Virus record (IMG/VR): IMGVR_UViG_3300044983_000035
Location: 1-49,893 of that record
Direction: 5' to 3' (one strand)
DNA from: a virus
Lineage: Duplodnaviria > Caudoviricetes
Length of the DNA: 49,893 bases
Shown one piece after another: positions 27,301 through 36,422 of this stretch. Every line of letters starts with the position of its first letter. The stretch's first letter is position 1. A program made the position numbers and the translations under genes. The notes under the pieces are model-generated. The model did not search any database. It worked only from the letters and a program-made list of their open reading frames with translations, and was not told the origin of the DNA.

Positions 27301-28452
27301 GACGAGTATAACGACCCTATCTCGGTCAGCTTCCAGCCTCCCCAGCCGGCGGGGACGCTCTCGACCTCCACGGGAGGCACGGCCTTTACGCAGTGCTACT
27401 TGGCGGATACCGCTGGAGTCGTCTACGTTGAGCGGCAGAACGCCAACGACAATGGGATACCGATTTCCGGTGCGCTCGGGACTTTTGAATCGGACGCTGG
27501 GGATCTCCGCGGCGAGGAGCAATGGGCGGACGGGTTTATCAACATCATCCCGGCGGGAACGGACGTCACAGTTACGCCGATGAGCGGCGGCGTCGCGGCT
27601 GCGGCGGTGACTGCCATCACGCAGGGTGTCGCGCGCATACAACAAATCGTGTCGGTTGGCGGTTCTTTGTTCGAGAGCTATTTGGGTCTACTGACCAAGT
27701 GGACTGACGACTTCTCGGCTCAATCGGTCGCGACGGAGATTGTCGGATGGGAACTGTCCTACTTCCCTCAGCCGATTACGATTGACGATGCTTTCGGATC
27801 ATGGGACAACGGCGGCGTTGAAGAGGCGAAGTACTTCCAAGGGTTCCGGTTGCATGCCGACACCTTCAATGCAACGAAGGGTCTATTGATCCGCGACGCC
27901 GATACGTTGACGACTCATGCCTATTCCCCGGCGATCAAACAGAACGGCGAATCGGTTGTCGCCTATTCGTTCGATACTCCGTTTGTGGCGCATCTGGTGC
28001 GGGATGAGCCTGCGCTTGACGGCGTGGACTGGCGGCGATTCGGTATTGAGTGGATATTCCAGCCGACGCCTGAGCGAGCGTACAATTGGCAGACTCAGCC
28101 GACGATTCACGGCCTGATTGGATATCACCACATCCGCAAGCTGATCTTCGCCTACTATGCGACGGCGGACGTGACCTTGACGATCACATGCACGAATCAG
28201 CCTGACGGGACGCCGGACGGGACTTCACCGGAGGTTCTCACGTTGCCGCCAACGAATGGGCAATTGCGCAAGGTGGAGTTTGTGCCGACGTTCAACAAGG
28301 GGATGCAGTTCACTTACAAGGGCGTGAGCACTGAGCCTTGGTCGCCGATGCTCGATAAAACGGAAATCTACGTCGGGAAGTGGGAACGTAGCGGAGACTA
28401 TTCGATTTTTGTAAACCTCGGATCGGTGGCCGGGGACCAAGCCCGTGTATGA
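24349..28452 (+). CDS. Large tail nozzle/DNA-stabilisation-like virion protein
   Basis: 1367 aa; N-terminal F.GLN...D...NVR...KTRPG and propeller-like GVCTDGKLIYFWAKDGIY; position before the ejection genes. Confidence 0.65.
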   Translation: MPGINKERKSFRAQFLGLNTRSQPDSLLPVKYPVAINVRAAGDSAVKTRPGYDLGWRVIEHDSGAIGITDIASYSTLETDNHPRILVHIDSGSVALDTGAIVGSVGTGGPGACMLPFRPSQSPQAWMYIANQTGYEKFQAPDSVTGAVLQQKVGIAEPQSEPSACPEGFFFNEFTRLAVNWAQGGTAGAPANGTRSTDTVVAIFQDPASVPPATKTRYSVQVGTPQYQEGETLAFTKSTGGTITAVVEDVFPPINGGTALTIQAITYLPGGAPGTCVVVPSQQPVDSTIPTFNAVGQPAAGTTFLPGQVAGLRRGSLVQLGSEVCFVLSVTTGPQGGISFQVTTSGAHAAGETIVGIPAIACSGLTSAVVGQTVAAADITSAITTGIGTLSQTLATNPFNLALGLYGTPQANDYVHCSLLIDAPQNVTQIKIEFDIGDGSFTQNSLYYAVSIAALQAAVSNSATQLTALQQTAQQDLITSYAVDLTQYPVDGSQSDPQNVYERQQLPPVTNVDSTQPNAPDFASTGATQWTEVKFPISGLTRVGNDQTKTLANCNAVRITAQVTGSINLGFGSIWVGGGGQPDVGQLGAPIFYRVRPRSALTGARGNPSPATRYGVLPSRQSVVLNLPYGGYDPQIDTWDIFRYGGTALSWRYIGSTASNQEHYIDNVFDDAALAGEVLEFDNFEPWPSVDVPYLATVGDATTQGITVYGTLLNLQTTNPSKIARWLPGTLLTLNGQNTYTLFNRPVSIAGGFLIQTIENMGSPSVSSLSVQEPNIANQILPYIWGPDSNGVIFGAGDPLRPGGFGSSKQNNPDSSPNNFYDLVQPGEPLMGGLTIDGLSFVASSRRWWALQAVFALPQRWNPIEFPGGRGLAAPLGVCTDGKLIYFWAKDGIYSMVPLGVATSLTDADLLNLFVSGNDQPGQDVSYGGFTFYAPNYAYAASFRLAIVNSELKAHYVDGTGHRRTISLDMSLDGAGRPRMAWSSDEYNDPISVSFQPPQPAGTLSTSTGGTAFTQCYLADTAGVVYVERQNANDNGIPISGALGTFESDAGDLRGEEQWADGFINIIPAGTDVTVTPMSGGVAAAAVTAITQGVARIQQIVSVGGSLFESYLGLLTKWTDDFSAQSVATEIVGWELSYFPQPITIDDAFGSWDNGGVEEAKYFQGFRLHADTFNATKGLLIRDADTLTTHAYSPAIKQNGESVVAYSFDTPFVAHLVRDEPALDGVDWRRFGIEWIFQPTPERAYNWQTQPTIHGLIGYHHIRKLIFAYYATADVTLTITCTNQPDGTPDGTSPEVLTLPPTNGQLRKVEFVPTFNKGMQFTYKGVSTEPWSPMLDKTEIYVGKWERSGDYSIFVNLGSVAGDQARV

Positions 28453-28515
28453 GTGCAAGAATCACCGCGATTGTCCGTTCTTAGATAGATCGGCGCGACT
28501 GGCGCACGAAAGTGG

Positions 28516-28767
28516 GTGGACGAATTGACAAAGGAGAAATTGAACCAACTTGGAGTTATCCGCGCGATAACATGGCAATCACTGTTGATCCTCGTTTCGC
28601 TTCTTGTCCTGACGGCTACGCTTTATGGTGGCCAGGAAAAAAGGACAAAGAAGTCCTATGGAGCAACTGGCCAGAAGGCACAAAATGCCGTAAGGGAACA
28701 GGTTCAAGTGATCCACCCGCGCCCCGGCGTGGCAAGGCAAAGCGGGTTTGAAAAGTCCACGCATTAA
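28516..28767 (+). CDS. Hypothetical single-TM protein
   Basis: Hydrophobic SLLILVSLLVLTATLYG; fills the gap; competing frame 28512..28751 exists. Confidence 0.4.
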   Translation: MDELTKEKLNQLGVIRAITWQSLLILVSLLVLTATLYGGQEKRTKKSYGATGQKAQNAVREQVQVIHPRPGVARQSGFEKSTH

Positions 28768-28773
28768 ATCTCT

Positions 28774-29280
28774 ATGCTTTCCTATCCAACGCTTATCGTC
28801 TCTGAAGCTGGCGAGCACACCGACAAGGCGTTCCGCGCTCAGGTGGATCAGATCAACGCGCTTGAAGCGCAACTCAATGCGCTGAAGCTCGAACTGATTG
28901 CGGCGACGAAGAAAATCCCTACGCTTCAGCAACTCGCGAAGGACTTGCAACTTGGCGGACAGGCTCCGCTGAACATCACGGGATTGCCAGGAACACCGTC
29001 TCAGGGAATTCCCGAAGGGTCTGCGCCCGCGCATGAATTCGTAACTGGCGTCACGGCGGCGGTCGGAACAACTCCGGGTGTTTTGACCTACGGGCAACCA
29101 TCGGCAAGCGATTTGACGAATGGCGTTGTCGGGTCCGGGGCGGTTGTTTTGGCAAGTACTCTCGGCACGGTTGCAGCCGGAACGTACACGGTCGGAGCGA
29201 AACTCACGGGTCCGGGCGTCAACGGAACAATCACGATTGGCGCGAATGGGCAGATTACGGCAATCCAAGAGGCTACGTAA
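28774..29280 (+). CDS. Small fibre-like virion protein
   Basis: Coiled-coil N-terminus; GSGAVVLAS and TITIGANGQITAI fibre-like motifs. Confidence 0.7.
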   Translation: MLSYPTLIVSEAGEHTDKAFRAQVDQINALEAQLNALKLELIAATKKIPTLQQLAKDLQLGGQAPLNITGLPGTPSQGIPEGSAPAHEFVTGVTAAVGTTPGVLTYGQPSASDLTNGVVGSGAVVLASTLGTVAAGTYTVGAKLTGPGVNGTITIGANGQITAIQEAT

Positions 29281-29297
29281 TGGAGTAGAATGCGGAC

Positions 29298-29585
29298 ATG
29301 GCTATCGATTTCAGCGACATCGACCGATTGACAATGGACAACTTGGTCCGCGAACCCTCTGTGCTTCGCGGTTTGCTGCTTTCCACTGCGCAGTTGGAAG
29401 ACGAATATGCTCGTGATCATTTCGAACAGATTCGTCTAGCTTGTGTGCGAAACGGGATCAACTTCGATGAGGTGATTCTCGAAGTAATGACGGCTACTAC
29501 TTTAGAGAAGTCGCTGCGCTCTCACGATCCTATCGAGTTTCAAGGTGGAGCGTTCTTGCAGGAGGCATTCTCTTATGGCCGCTAA
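29298..29585 (+). CDS. Hypothetical protein
   Basis: 95-aa ORF in operon context. Confidence 0.55.
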   Translation: MAIDFSDIDRLTMDNLVREPSVLRGLLLSTAQLEDEYARDHFEQIRLACVRNGINFDEVILEVMTATTLEKSLRSHDPIEFQGGAFLQEAFSYGR

Positions 29586-29961
29586 GAATCTCGTCAATGT
29601 CGCTTATCGCTGGCTCTCCGGCTCGGAACTCGATATCCTCGATTCGTTCATCAAGGAACGCCATTGGACGCCGCTGAACAAGCCGCTGACTCGTGCGCTT
29701 GTCGCTTTCGATGAACACGACGCGGTAATCGGCTATTTCGCGGTACCGCTGATGCCAGTTCTTGGTCCGTCCGAAGTGATTCCCGAATGGCGCGGGTCCG
29801 GACTATTCGAAGAGATGGCCGCGACGGTTCACGAAACGTTGGCTAACCTACCTACTCGTGGCTTGTTAATGGTGGCCGACAATCCTTTCTCGGAGAAACT
29901 GGCGATCGCACACGGCTTGACTCGCCTCGATTCTCCCGTGTACACGAACGGGGTGCAATAA
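29575..29961 (+). CDS. GNAT-fold (acetyltransferase-like) protein
   Basis: VIPEWRGSGLF acetyl-CoA-binding-like motif; AGGAGG SD; position before the ejection genes as in many podoviruses. Confidence 0.65.
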   Translation: MAAKNLVNVAYRWLSGSELDILDSFIKERHWTPLNKPLTRALVAFDEHDAVIGYFAVPLMPVLGPSEVIPEWRGSGLFEEMAATVHETLANLPTRGLLMVADNPFSEKLAIAHGLTRLDSPVYTNGVQ

Positions 29962-30569
29962 TGTCCGGCGGCGACGACAAGGCGCAAAATCAGCAATCGC
30001 AATCGTGGGGAAACCTCAACCAGCTTTTCAACATCGCTACGGCTCGCTCTGCTCCGTTGCAACAGACCGGAACTGATCTTCAGACCAAGGGCGTCGGCGA
30101 GCTGGACGAAGGGGCGAAGTACTGGCACGATTTGCTGACTGGTGATCGGACGAAAGTTGCAGAGGCGGCGGCTCCCGTTGCGAATGCGGCCACGAATGCC
30201 AGCGACGCCACGAAGCGCGAAGAGGCCGCAATGGGCACCGGACGAACTGGCGGAACTGTCGCGCACAACGCCGAAGAAAATGATCGCGTTCGTCAGCAAG
30301 TGGATACTTCGATTGCAGGAGTGGCTCCGGCGGCGGCTACCAATTTGGGCGTATCCGGTTCGACCACTGCGGGCATCGGCGCCCAGGATATAGAGGCGGC
30401 ACTTCAGGCGCTTGGTATCAGCACAAATGCGGCTGGGACTTCTGGATCGCAGGCGACACAGGCGAATATCGCGGCTCAACAGGCGAATGCCGCCCTTTGG
30501 TCCTCGATCATCAAGGGCGGAGCGGATCTCGCTACAGGCGGAGTATTGGCGTATGGAGCGCACCACTAA
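29961..30569 (+). CDS. Putative DNA ejection/internal virion protein
   Basis: Ala/Gly/Gln-rich sequence; TAATG coupling; synteny. Confidence 0.6.
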   Translation: MSGGDDKAQNQQSQSWGNLNQLFNIATARSAPLQQTGTDLQTKGVGELDEGAKYWHDLLTGDRTKVAEAAAPVANAATNASDATKREEAAMGTGRTGGTVAHNAEENDRVRQQVDTSIAGVAPAAATNLGVSGSTTAGIGAQDIEAALQALGISTNAAGTSGSQATQANIAAQQANAALWSSIIKGGADLATGGVLAYGAHH

Positions 30570-32023
30570 TGGCCGGATACGGAACTGGAGAGGGTATCGG
30601 CGTTGGAATCGGGCAAGGTCTTTCGACGATTGGTCAAGCCTTGGCGCAACATGCTAATCGCGTTCGATCCGATCGTGATAGTCAAGCGGTTGAACTTCTC
30701 AACCAGGCTAAGTCCATTGCGGCGAATCGTGCGCAGATTGCTGCGGTGAATCCTCAAGACGAGAAGATCGCGGCGCTCGACAAGCAAGGTCAGGATTTAG
30801 TAGGCCAAGCGAACGCACTCTATCAGCCTCACGAAAAGGGACAAGTCGCTCAGTTGTTTTCCAAGGTCTTTGGTGGCGGTCAGCCGAAGACTGCGACTCC
30901 TGCGCCTGGGCGTTACAACTGGAACGCGATTTCGGCGGCGAGTCCGGTTCAATCCGCTCCTCCGAATGCGGACAAGATGGCGGATATTCGCAAGGCTTAT
31001 AAGGCCACGTTCAATCGGGACATGACCGACGAGGAAGCGCAAAAATTCTTCGCTCACGTTTACGGCGGTGCTCCGCTTGAACCGAAGGCCGATGCTCCCA
31101 CGAAATACCAGCCTCAGTTGACCGAGACGACGGATGCGCAGGGCAAAAAGCATTATTTCCGAGTCCCGCTGGAAGCTGGCGGAAAACCGGAAGAGGTGAA
31201 CTTCGACGGCGGGATAGTGACTCCGCGAGTCGCTCCTCGTGTTGTAAAAGTAAGCGGCGAAGAACAATTGCTCAAGGACCTTTACGGAGATACTCCGACG
31301 CCGCAACAGCGTCTTGAAGTTCACCAGAAGTGGACCGGGGCCGGAGCGGACACCGTAGGGACGCATATCATCCAAGTTCCGCAACCGGATGGAACTATCA
31401 AGTCATACGAGGTCACTACAACGAGCCACAAGGCGTTGCCGGGCGTCTCTGGGCCTGCTCCCGCTGGATCAAAACCTGCTGCGCCGACTACTGGAAAACC
31501 TGCGACTGGTAGCGCTTCAATCCCACAGAATGCGGGACAGGCGCGATCCAAGATGAAAGAAATCGGCGTGACTGGTGGAAAAGTGGACACGCAAGCGGCA
31601 AAGTCTACTGCCGACTCCGAACGCGAATACCAGAGTGCAATCGACCGAACGAAGACGATGGACTCCAATCTGCGCGATGCGCTCACGGGTGATCAGCAGG
31701 CCATGCTCTCTCTCGTCGCGAATCACATCGGAATGACGCTCGGCGCGCAGAAGGGTTCGCGGATCAACAAAGCTGTGTGGGAAGAAGCAATTCAATCGAC
31801 TCCTTGGCTTGCGCGCATGGGCGCGAAGTTCAACAGCAACGGCTATCTGTCGGGCGTCACGCTTGCGCCCGAACAGATGCGCCAGATGGTCAAGCTGGCC
31901 CACGAGAAGGAAGACGTTCTCCGTCAGCACGTGGAGCGCGTCAAGCCGAAGGATAAGGCTTCCGCTGGCACCGTGAGCGATGAGGATATTCTGAAACTGG
32001 CTGGACAGGTCAAAAAACCCTAG
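30569..32023 (+). CDS. Putative DNA ejection/internal virion protein
   Basis: ATG at 30569 (TAATG); Gly-rich N-terminus GYGTGEGIGVGIGQGL; helical body. Confidence 0.6.
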   Translation: MAGYGTGEGIGVGIGQGLSTIGQALAQHANRVRSDRDSQAVELLNQAKSIAANRAQIAAVNPQDEKIAALDKQGQDLVGQANALYQPHEKGQVAQLFSKVFGGGQPKTATPAPGRYNWNAISAASPVQSAPPNADKMADIRKAYKATFNRDMTDEEAQKFFAHVYGGAPLEPKADAPTKYQPQLTETTDAQGKKHYFRVPLEAGGKPEEVNFDGGIVTPRVAPRVVKVSGEEQLLKDLYGDTPTPQQRLEVHQKWTGAGADTVGTHIIQVPQPDGTIKSYEVTTTSHKALPGVSGPAPAGSKPAAPTTGKPATGSASIPQNAGQARSKMKEIGVTGGKVDTQAAKSTADSEREYQSAIDRTKTMDSNLRDALTGDQQAMLSLVANHIGMTLGAQKGSRINKAVWEEAIQSTPWLARMGAKFNSNGYLSGVTLAPEQMRQMVKLAHEKEDVLRQHVERVKPKDKASAGTVSDEDILKLAGQVKKP

Positions 32024-32025
32024 CG

Positions 32026-34206
32026 ATGCCGCTGACTCAAGATCCCGCTGTCGAACTGGCTGAGAAGTTTACTTCCCTAACGCCTGAGCGCCAGTCCGCG
32101 ATTCTTCAGAAGATGACGCCTGAGCAAAAGGCGAACCTTCATTCTGCGCTACAAAGCCATGTGGCGCGGCAAAGTGTACCGCAGGCTGCACCACAAGCCG
32201 CCCCAACTCCTGAAACTCCCGGCGCGTTCAAGCGTGCAGCATCAGCATACGCTGAAAACCTCCTGCCCTCAACGACCGTATCGGATTATCTCTATCCGTT
32301 CGCGCATCCGATTGACGCTATCAGCAACCTGCCGCTGGTTGCCAAGGCTGCGGTCAACGCGCAGGGTGGGCAGTTGGATGAAGCGGTTGCGGCCGCAAAG
32401 CGCGGAGAGGTCCTGAGCACGGTTGAGCATGGCCTAGGGTACCTGATTCCCCTGATTGGACCCGGACTGGCGAACGCTGGCGAGCAGATCAAAAGCGGGG
32501 ATGTCGCGGGTGGACTCGGCGCCACGGCTGGTATCGCAACTGGACTATTCGCCCCTGAAGCGATCAAGAAGATTCCGCTACCAGAAGTGACCCCGGGCGT
32601 CCTGCGTCGCACGGCGCAGCGCATGGCCGGCGCTGGCCCTGAATCGATCACCCATCCCTTGGTGCAAGCCCAAATCGAGGATATCGGCAAACATCACGAG
32701 GCGTTGCTTGAGCACGGAACGAAACAGGCGGCGGCGGATGCTGCGGTCGAAGCGGCTAATCGCGGGATTACGGAAGATGCTTTCCGCAAGGCCGGGGAGA
32801 CTAAGGCGGCTTTTGACAAGCGCGTCGCCGACCAAAAGGCGGCTCAGGCTGCGAAGACTGCCAAAGTCGAAGCGGCGAACGCGGAGGCTCGTCGCGTCGC
32901 CGATCTTCGGCAAAAGGGCGAGCAGGCGCTAAAGCTGGGCCATCAGGCCGTAGGCGAGAACATCGCCGATGCTGCGCAGAAGTTGCGGCAAGAGGGAAAC
33001 GAGAAGTACGCCACGGTGCGCGAGGCGACGGCCAATGACCCCGGCGTCCCACTTGCCGATCTTGGCCGTGAAGCGAAGATTGCGCAGTCGATGATCTCGG
33101 GTTCTCCCGAGAACATCAAGCAGTTCCGCGAGCTGATCCGGCAGTCTCCTGAAGCGCAGAGCGTGGAAACAAGTCTCGGAAAACTTGCGCCCGGCGATCC
33201 ACTCTACGAGGCTCTTGCGAAAGAGGGAGCGATTGACCTTGGCGGAAACCTGCCGTTCGATCAGTTGCAGGGGTATTCGTCTGAGATTGGCGCGAAGCTC
33301 GCCGCGGGAAACCTGCCAGGAGATGTGTATCAGGCTCTCAAGTATCTCAAAGACAAGATCGACACGGCTAAGGCGACAATCGCCGATCGTTCCGGCGCGG
33401 GTCCGCAGTTGCGTGATGCTGAATCGTTTTGGCACTCGTACATGGACACGTTCTACGACAAAGATAGCGCAGTCGCGAAGGTCCGCAAGAATGTCGGCGT
33501 GAAGGATCCACAGTTCTACGCCGAACCTTTCACGACTGGAAAATCGGCTGAAGTCGGAGCGAACAAGTTGCGTGGGGTCAATCCTGATGGTACGCCGAAC
33601 GCTCTCGCGACTTCGCGACACGCCGCTGAATTGAATCAGATCGCGGATGCAGCAATGCAATTGCGGAATACCCATTCACAGATCAAGGGGTTGCCGAACC
33701 TCAAAGAGTCTCCGCTGCCGGATTCACCACGTGCGATCGCGAAGCCGAAACCCGTTGAAGTGGAGTACAAAGGGCGTACCGAGATTCCAGTTCCGCAGCC
33801 GCCGGATGAATTGACCGCTGGGGATTTGAGCGGCGCGCGCGTCGACAAGTCGTTGCAGAAGTCCGCAAAGATGGCAGAGTTCAGTAAGTGGGACGTGGTT
33901 CGCGGCGTATTATCGTTAGGCACTTCGGAGTTGACGCGATTGGGAATCTCGAAACTTCTGCGCAATGATAGCTTCCTCAATATGATTTCCAAGCCTACGG
34001 TGGGCGACTTGAAGTTTGTCGAGAACTTGCCGGAGCCGCAACGCGCCCGGTTACGCGAGTCGCTGATTCAAGAAATGAAATCCTCCGAGCGCCCCGAAGG
34101 TCCTGCTCTCGTTGCGCCGTCGATGGCTAGGATTCTTGGAATCGCATCGGCCACTGTGCCGAAAACCGCCGGGGAAGCGCGCAATCGTCTGAAGGCGATT
34201 CAGTAG
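32026..34206 (+). CDS. Putative large ejection/internal virion protein
   Basis: 726 aa, Ala-rich helical sequence with a Gly-rich hydrophobic segment. Confidence 0.6.
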   Translation: MPLTQDPAVELAEKFTSLTPERQSAILQKMTPEQKANLHSALQSHVARQSVPQAAPQAAPTPETPGAFKRAASAYAENLLPSTTVSDYLYPFAHPIDAISNLPLVAKAAVNAQGGQLDEAVAAAKRGEVLSTVEHGLGYLIPLIGPGLANAGEQIKSGDVAGGLGATAGIATGLFAPEAIKKIPLPEVTPGVLRRTAQRMAGAGPESITHPLVQAQIEDIGKHHEALLEHGTKQAAADAAVEAANRGITEDAFRKAGETKAAFDKRVADQKAAQAAKTAKVEAANAEARRVADLRQKGEQALKLGHQAVGENIADAAQKLRQEGNEKYATVREATANDPGVPLADLGREAKIAQSMISGSPENIKQFRELIRQSPEAQSVETSLGKLAPGDPLYEALAKEGAIDLGGNLPFDQLQGYSSEIGAKLAAGNLPGDVYQALKYLKDKIDTAKATIADRSGAGPQLRDAESFWHSYMDTFYDKDSAVAKVRKNVGVKDPQFYAEPFTTGKSAEVGANKLRGVNPDGTPNALATSRHAAELNQIADAAMQLRNTHSQIKGLPNLKESPLPDSPRAIAKPKPVEVEYKGRTEIPVPQPPDELTAGDLSGARVDKSLQKSAKMAEFSKWDVVRGVLSLGTSELTRLGISKLLRNDSFLNMISKPTVGDLKFVENLPEPQRARLRESLIQEMKSSERPEGPALVAPSMARILGIASATVPKTAGEARNRLKAIQ

Positions 34207-34211
34207 GTCTT

Positions 34212-34487
34212 GTGGAACCAGGACAACAGGCTCACGACAACGCGGCTCAGAATGCCGGAATCAATGCCGACATCCAGCGCACTGCGGGCCAGCGACGCGT
34301 CAATATTCTCTGGGAGATAACACAGGCAATCGTCGCGATCATCATTTCTGGAGCCAAAATCTATTGCACTATGAAGAAAATTGAAGACAAGACGCTTGAT
34401 GCGGGGTTTATGATGATCCTCACGGCCTACTACATGCGGACAAACCATACTAAGATAGGTGGCGTTGGAGGAACCGATTCCCGATGA
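34212..34487 (+). CDS. Small two-TM membrane protein (holin candidate)
   Basis: Two hydrophobic helices; TAGQRRVNILWE...RTNHTKIGGVG. Confidence 0.55.
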   Translation: MEPGQQAHDNAAQNAGINADIQRTAGQRRVNILWEITQAIVAIIISGAKIYCTMKKIEDKTLDAGFMMILTAYYMRTNHTKIGGVGGTDSR

Positions 34488-34687
34488 AGCTCTATCACTA
34501 CAAACTCGACGGCTACCATTACCTTTGCGTGGCGGCATCGCTTCATGGCGCACGCACGGTCTTGACGGGGGAGTCTGCTGCGGGGAATCCTTCTGCGCCT
34601 CCAGACCATGCCAACCGTATACGGAATGAAGAGCCGTACTTTGTCGCGAACACGCTTTACCCGATCGTAATTCAACCAAAGTCATGA
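34484..34687 (+). CDS. Hypothetical protein
   Basis: GGAGG SD; ATGA overlaps at both ends. Confidence 0.55.
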   Translation: MKLYHYKLDGYHYLCVAASLHGARTVLTGESAAGNPSAPPDHANRIRNEEPYFVANTLYPIVIQPKS

Positions 34688-35808
34688 GCCTGGATATGCT
34701 TTGCCCCGTCTGCAATACCCGATTCACAGCCGTTGATCCGAAGCCTCCCAAGCCTGAAGTAAAGCGCCTAACTGACGCTCGGAACACGCTGGACAATGCC
34801 TTTGGTGATGTCAGGAAGCTATCCTTCATCGGCGTGGAGTATGCTTCAGTCTGCCCGTGGTCCTGCGACGGCTCATGGTTGCTGCTGGTGCATCAGAGCT
34901 ACTTTGGGTTGTACGATGTCAATGGGAAGTACGTTGAGGATTTACCATTTGACATCAACGCTTCCTCCCGTCCTCGATGGGATCGAACGAATGCAGACCT
35001 GATCTACTATCAGGCGTTCAATCAACTGAGAAGCTACAACGTTCGAGAGAAGACTTCGATGGGTCTTCCACGTTCCGCGAGGGTTGTTGCAACCTTTTCG
35101 GAATACACCTCTATCGACTCAATGGGAGAAGCCGACTTCGAGGGTGATTGCCTGCCGCTGTGTGGAACCAAGGCCGATGGGACGCGGGAGATTTTCGTTT
35201 ATTCCCTGAGTCGCGGAAAGGGCAAAGCGATAATTGTGGACGATCCGTTCGATAGTCTGTATGTGACATCAAAAGGTAATCTAACGGCAACGTGGAATGC
35301 GAACGGACTTGGGCGTTTTCATGGCGTCGAACTCTACGATGCTGAGATGGACTTCATCCGCCAACTCACGGATGCAGGTGGTCATATGTGCTTTGCCAAC
35401 GACTCGGACGGCTCCGAGATTTTGCTCTGGACGAATAGCAATAGCTCATTTACGCACGTTCCTCAGCAGTCGATCGTCAAGGTCAGAGTTTCAGACGGAT
35501 GGCAAACCGGACTAATGATGGTGGACTGGAAAACGCTCGCGATCGACATCGGCGCCAACGCCGGATGGTTCTGCCTCTCGGTCTACGGCGGTCCCAACTC
35601 CAATGGAAAGCCCTATGCCGGGGAAATCCTGATGGTCAACATTGCCACTGGGGAGATTGTCAAGGTCTGTGATCACGGCTCAAGCGCCAAGGATTACACG
35701 GCACAACCCAAGGCAGCGGTATCGAGGGATGGCAAGAAGATTGTGTTCTGCTCCGACATGGGCGATTCCACGCCGGACTACTGCGATGTGTACATGGTGA
35801 AGCTGTGA
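34684..35808 (+). CDS. Beta-propeller protein (TolB/oligogalacturonate-lyase-like)
   Basis: PWSCDGSWLLL, PRWDRTNADLIYY, QPKAAVSRDGKKIVFCSD...DVYMVKL. Confidence 0.7.
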   Translation: MSLDMLCPVCNTRFTAVDPKPPKPEVKRLTDARNTLDNAFGDVRKLSFIGVEYASVCPWSCDGSWLLLVHQSYFGLYDVNGKYVEDLPFDINASSRPRWDRTNADLIYYQAFNQLRSYNVREKTSMGLPRSARVVATFSEYTSIDSMGEADFEGDCLPLCGTKADGTREIFVYSLSRGKGKAIIVDDPFDSLYVTSKGNLTATWNANGLGRFHGVELYDAEMDFIRQLTDAGGHMCFANDSDGSEILLWTNSNSSFTHVPQQSIVKVRVSDGWQTGLMMVDWKTLAIDIGANAGWFCLSVYGGPNSNGKPYAGEILMVNIATGEIVKVCDHGSSAKDYTAQPKAAVSRDGKKIVFCSDMGDSTPDYCDVYMVKL

Positions 35809-35855
35809 GCAAAAGTGGATAATCTCCCGTTCCCTCCTGTGCTACGTTGGAACCG

Positions 35856-36155
35856 ATGCAGTTCGTAATTACCATCACCCACAACCTCGATGAACAAACG
35901 GGGCGGCGACTCGACCGAATCGGGGATGCTCTAGATCAAATCGCAAAGGAACTTCAAACCATGACTCAAGAACTCAAGGATTTCATTGCCGCAGTGGACG
36001 CCGCTACCGACAAGATTGCGGCTCGCATCCAGAAGCTCGTTGACAACAGTTCGTTGTCTGACGCAGACAAGAAGACGCTTCAGGTCGAAGTTGACAAACT
36101 CAACGCTCTCGGTCAGGACCCTGCCAACCCCATCCCGCCCGTCGTATCCGCGTAG
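35856..36155 (+). CDS. Coiled-coil hypothetical protein
   Basis: Heptad pattern ending in GQDPANPIP. Confidence 0.7.
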   Translation: MQFVITITHNLDEQTGRRLDRIGDALDQIAKELQTMTQELKDFIAAVDAATDKIAARIQKLVDNSSLSDADKKTLQVEVDKLNALGQDPANPIPPVVSA

Positions 36156-36204
36156 TGCAATAGTGAACATCGGGGGCCGCTGTGAAGTGATACGGTTGGC
36201 CCCT

Positions 36205-36405
36205 ATGGGACAACTGATTCAGCTCATCATCTACATCGTGGTATTTGCCGTGGTCGCATACGGCTTGTTCTGGATCTGCCAGAAGTTTTCCCTGCCTCAG
36301 CCCATCGTCTGGATCTGCGGAGCGATCCTATTGATCGTCGTTCTGATCTTTATGTCGCAGCAGTTGGGCTTAGGCGGAGTTAGCGTTTTCCCGATGCGCC
36401 GATAG
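36205..36405 (+). CDS. Small two-TM membrane protein
   Basis: MGQLIQLIIYIVVFAVVAYGLFWICQKFSLPQPIVWICGAILLIVVLIF. Confidence 0.75.
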   Translation: MGQLIQLIIYIVVFAVVAYGLFWICQKFSLPQPIVWICGAILLIVVLIFMSQQLGLGGVSVFPMRR

Positions 36406-36422
36406 CTGATAGAGTATCGGTA

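Noticed and set aside
26383-27645. 420-aa - strand ORF and other long antisense ORFs (9112..9822, 13952..14689, 3874..4725, 32929..33675)
   Set aside because: Shadow frames of GC-rich coding genes; no SD or recognisable motifs
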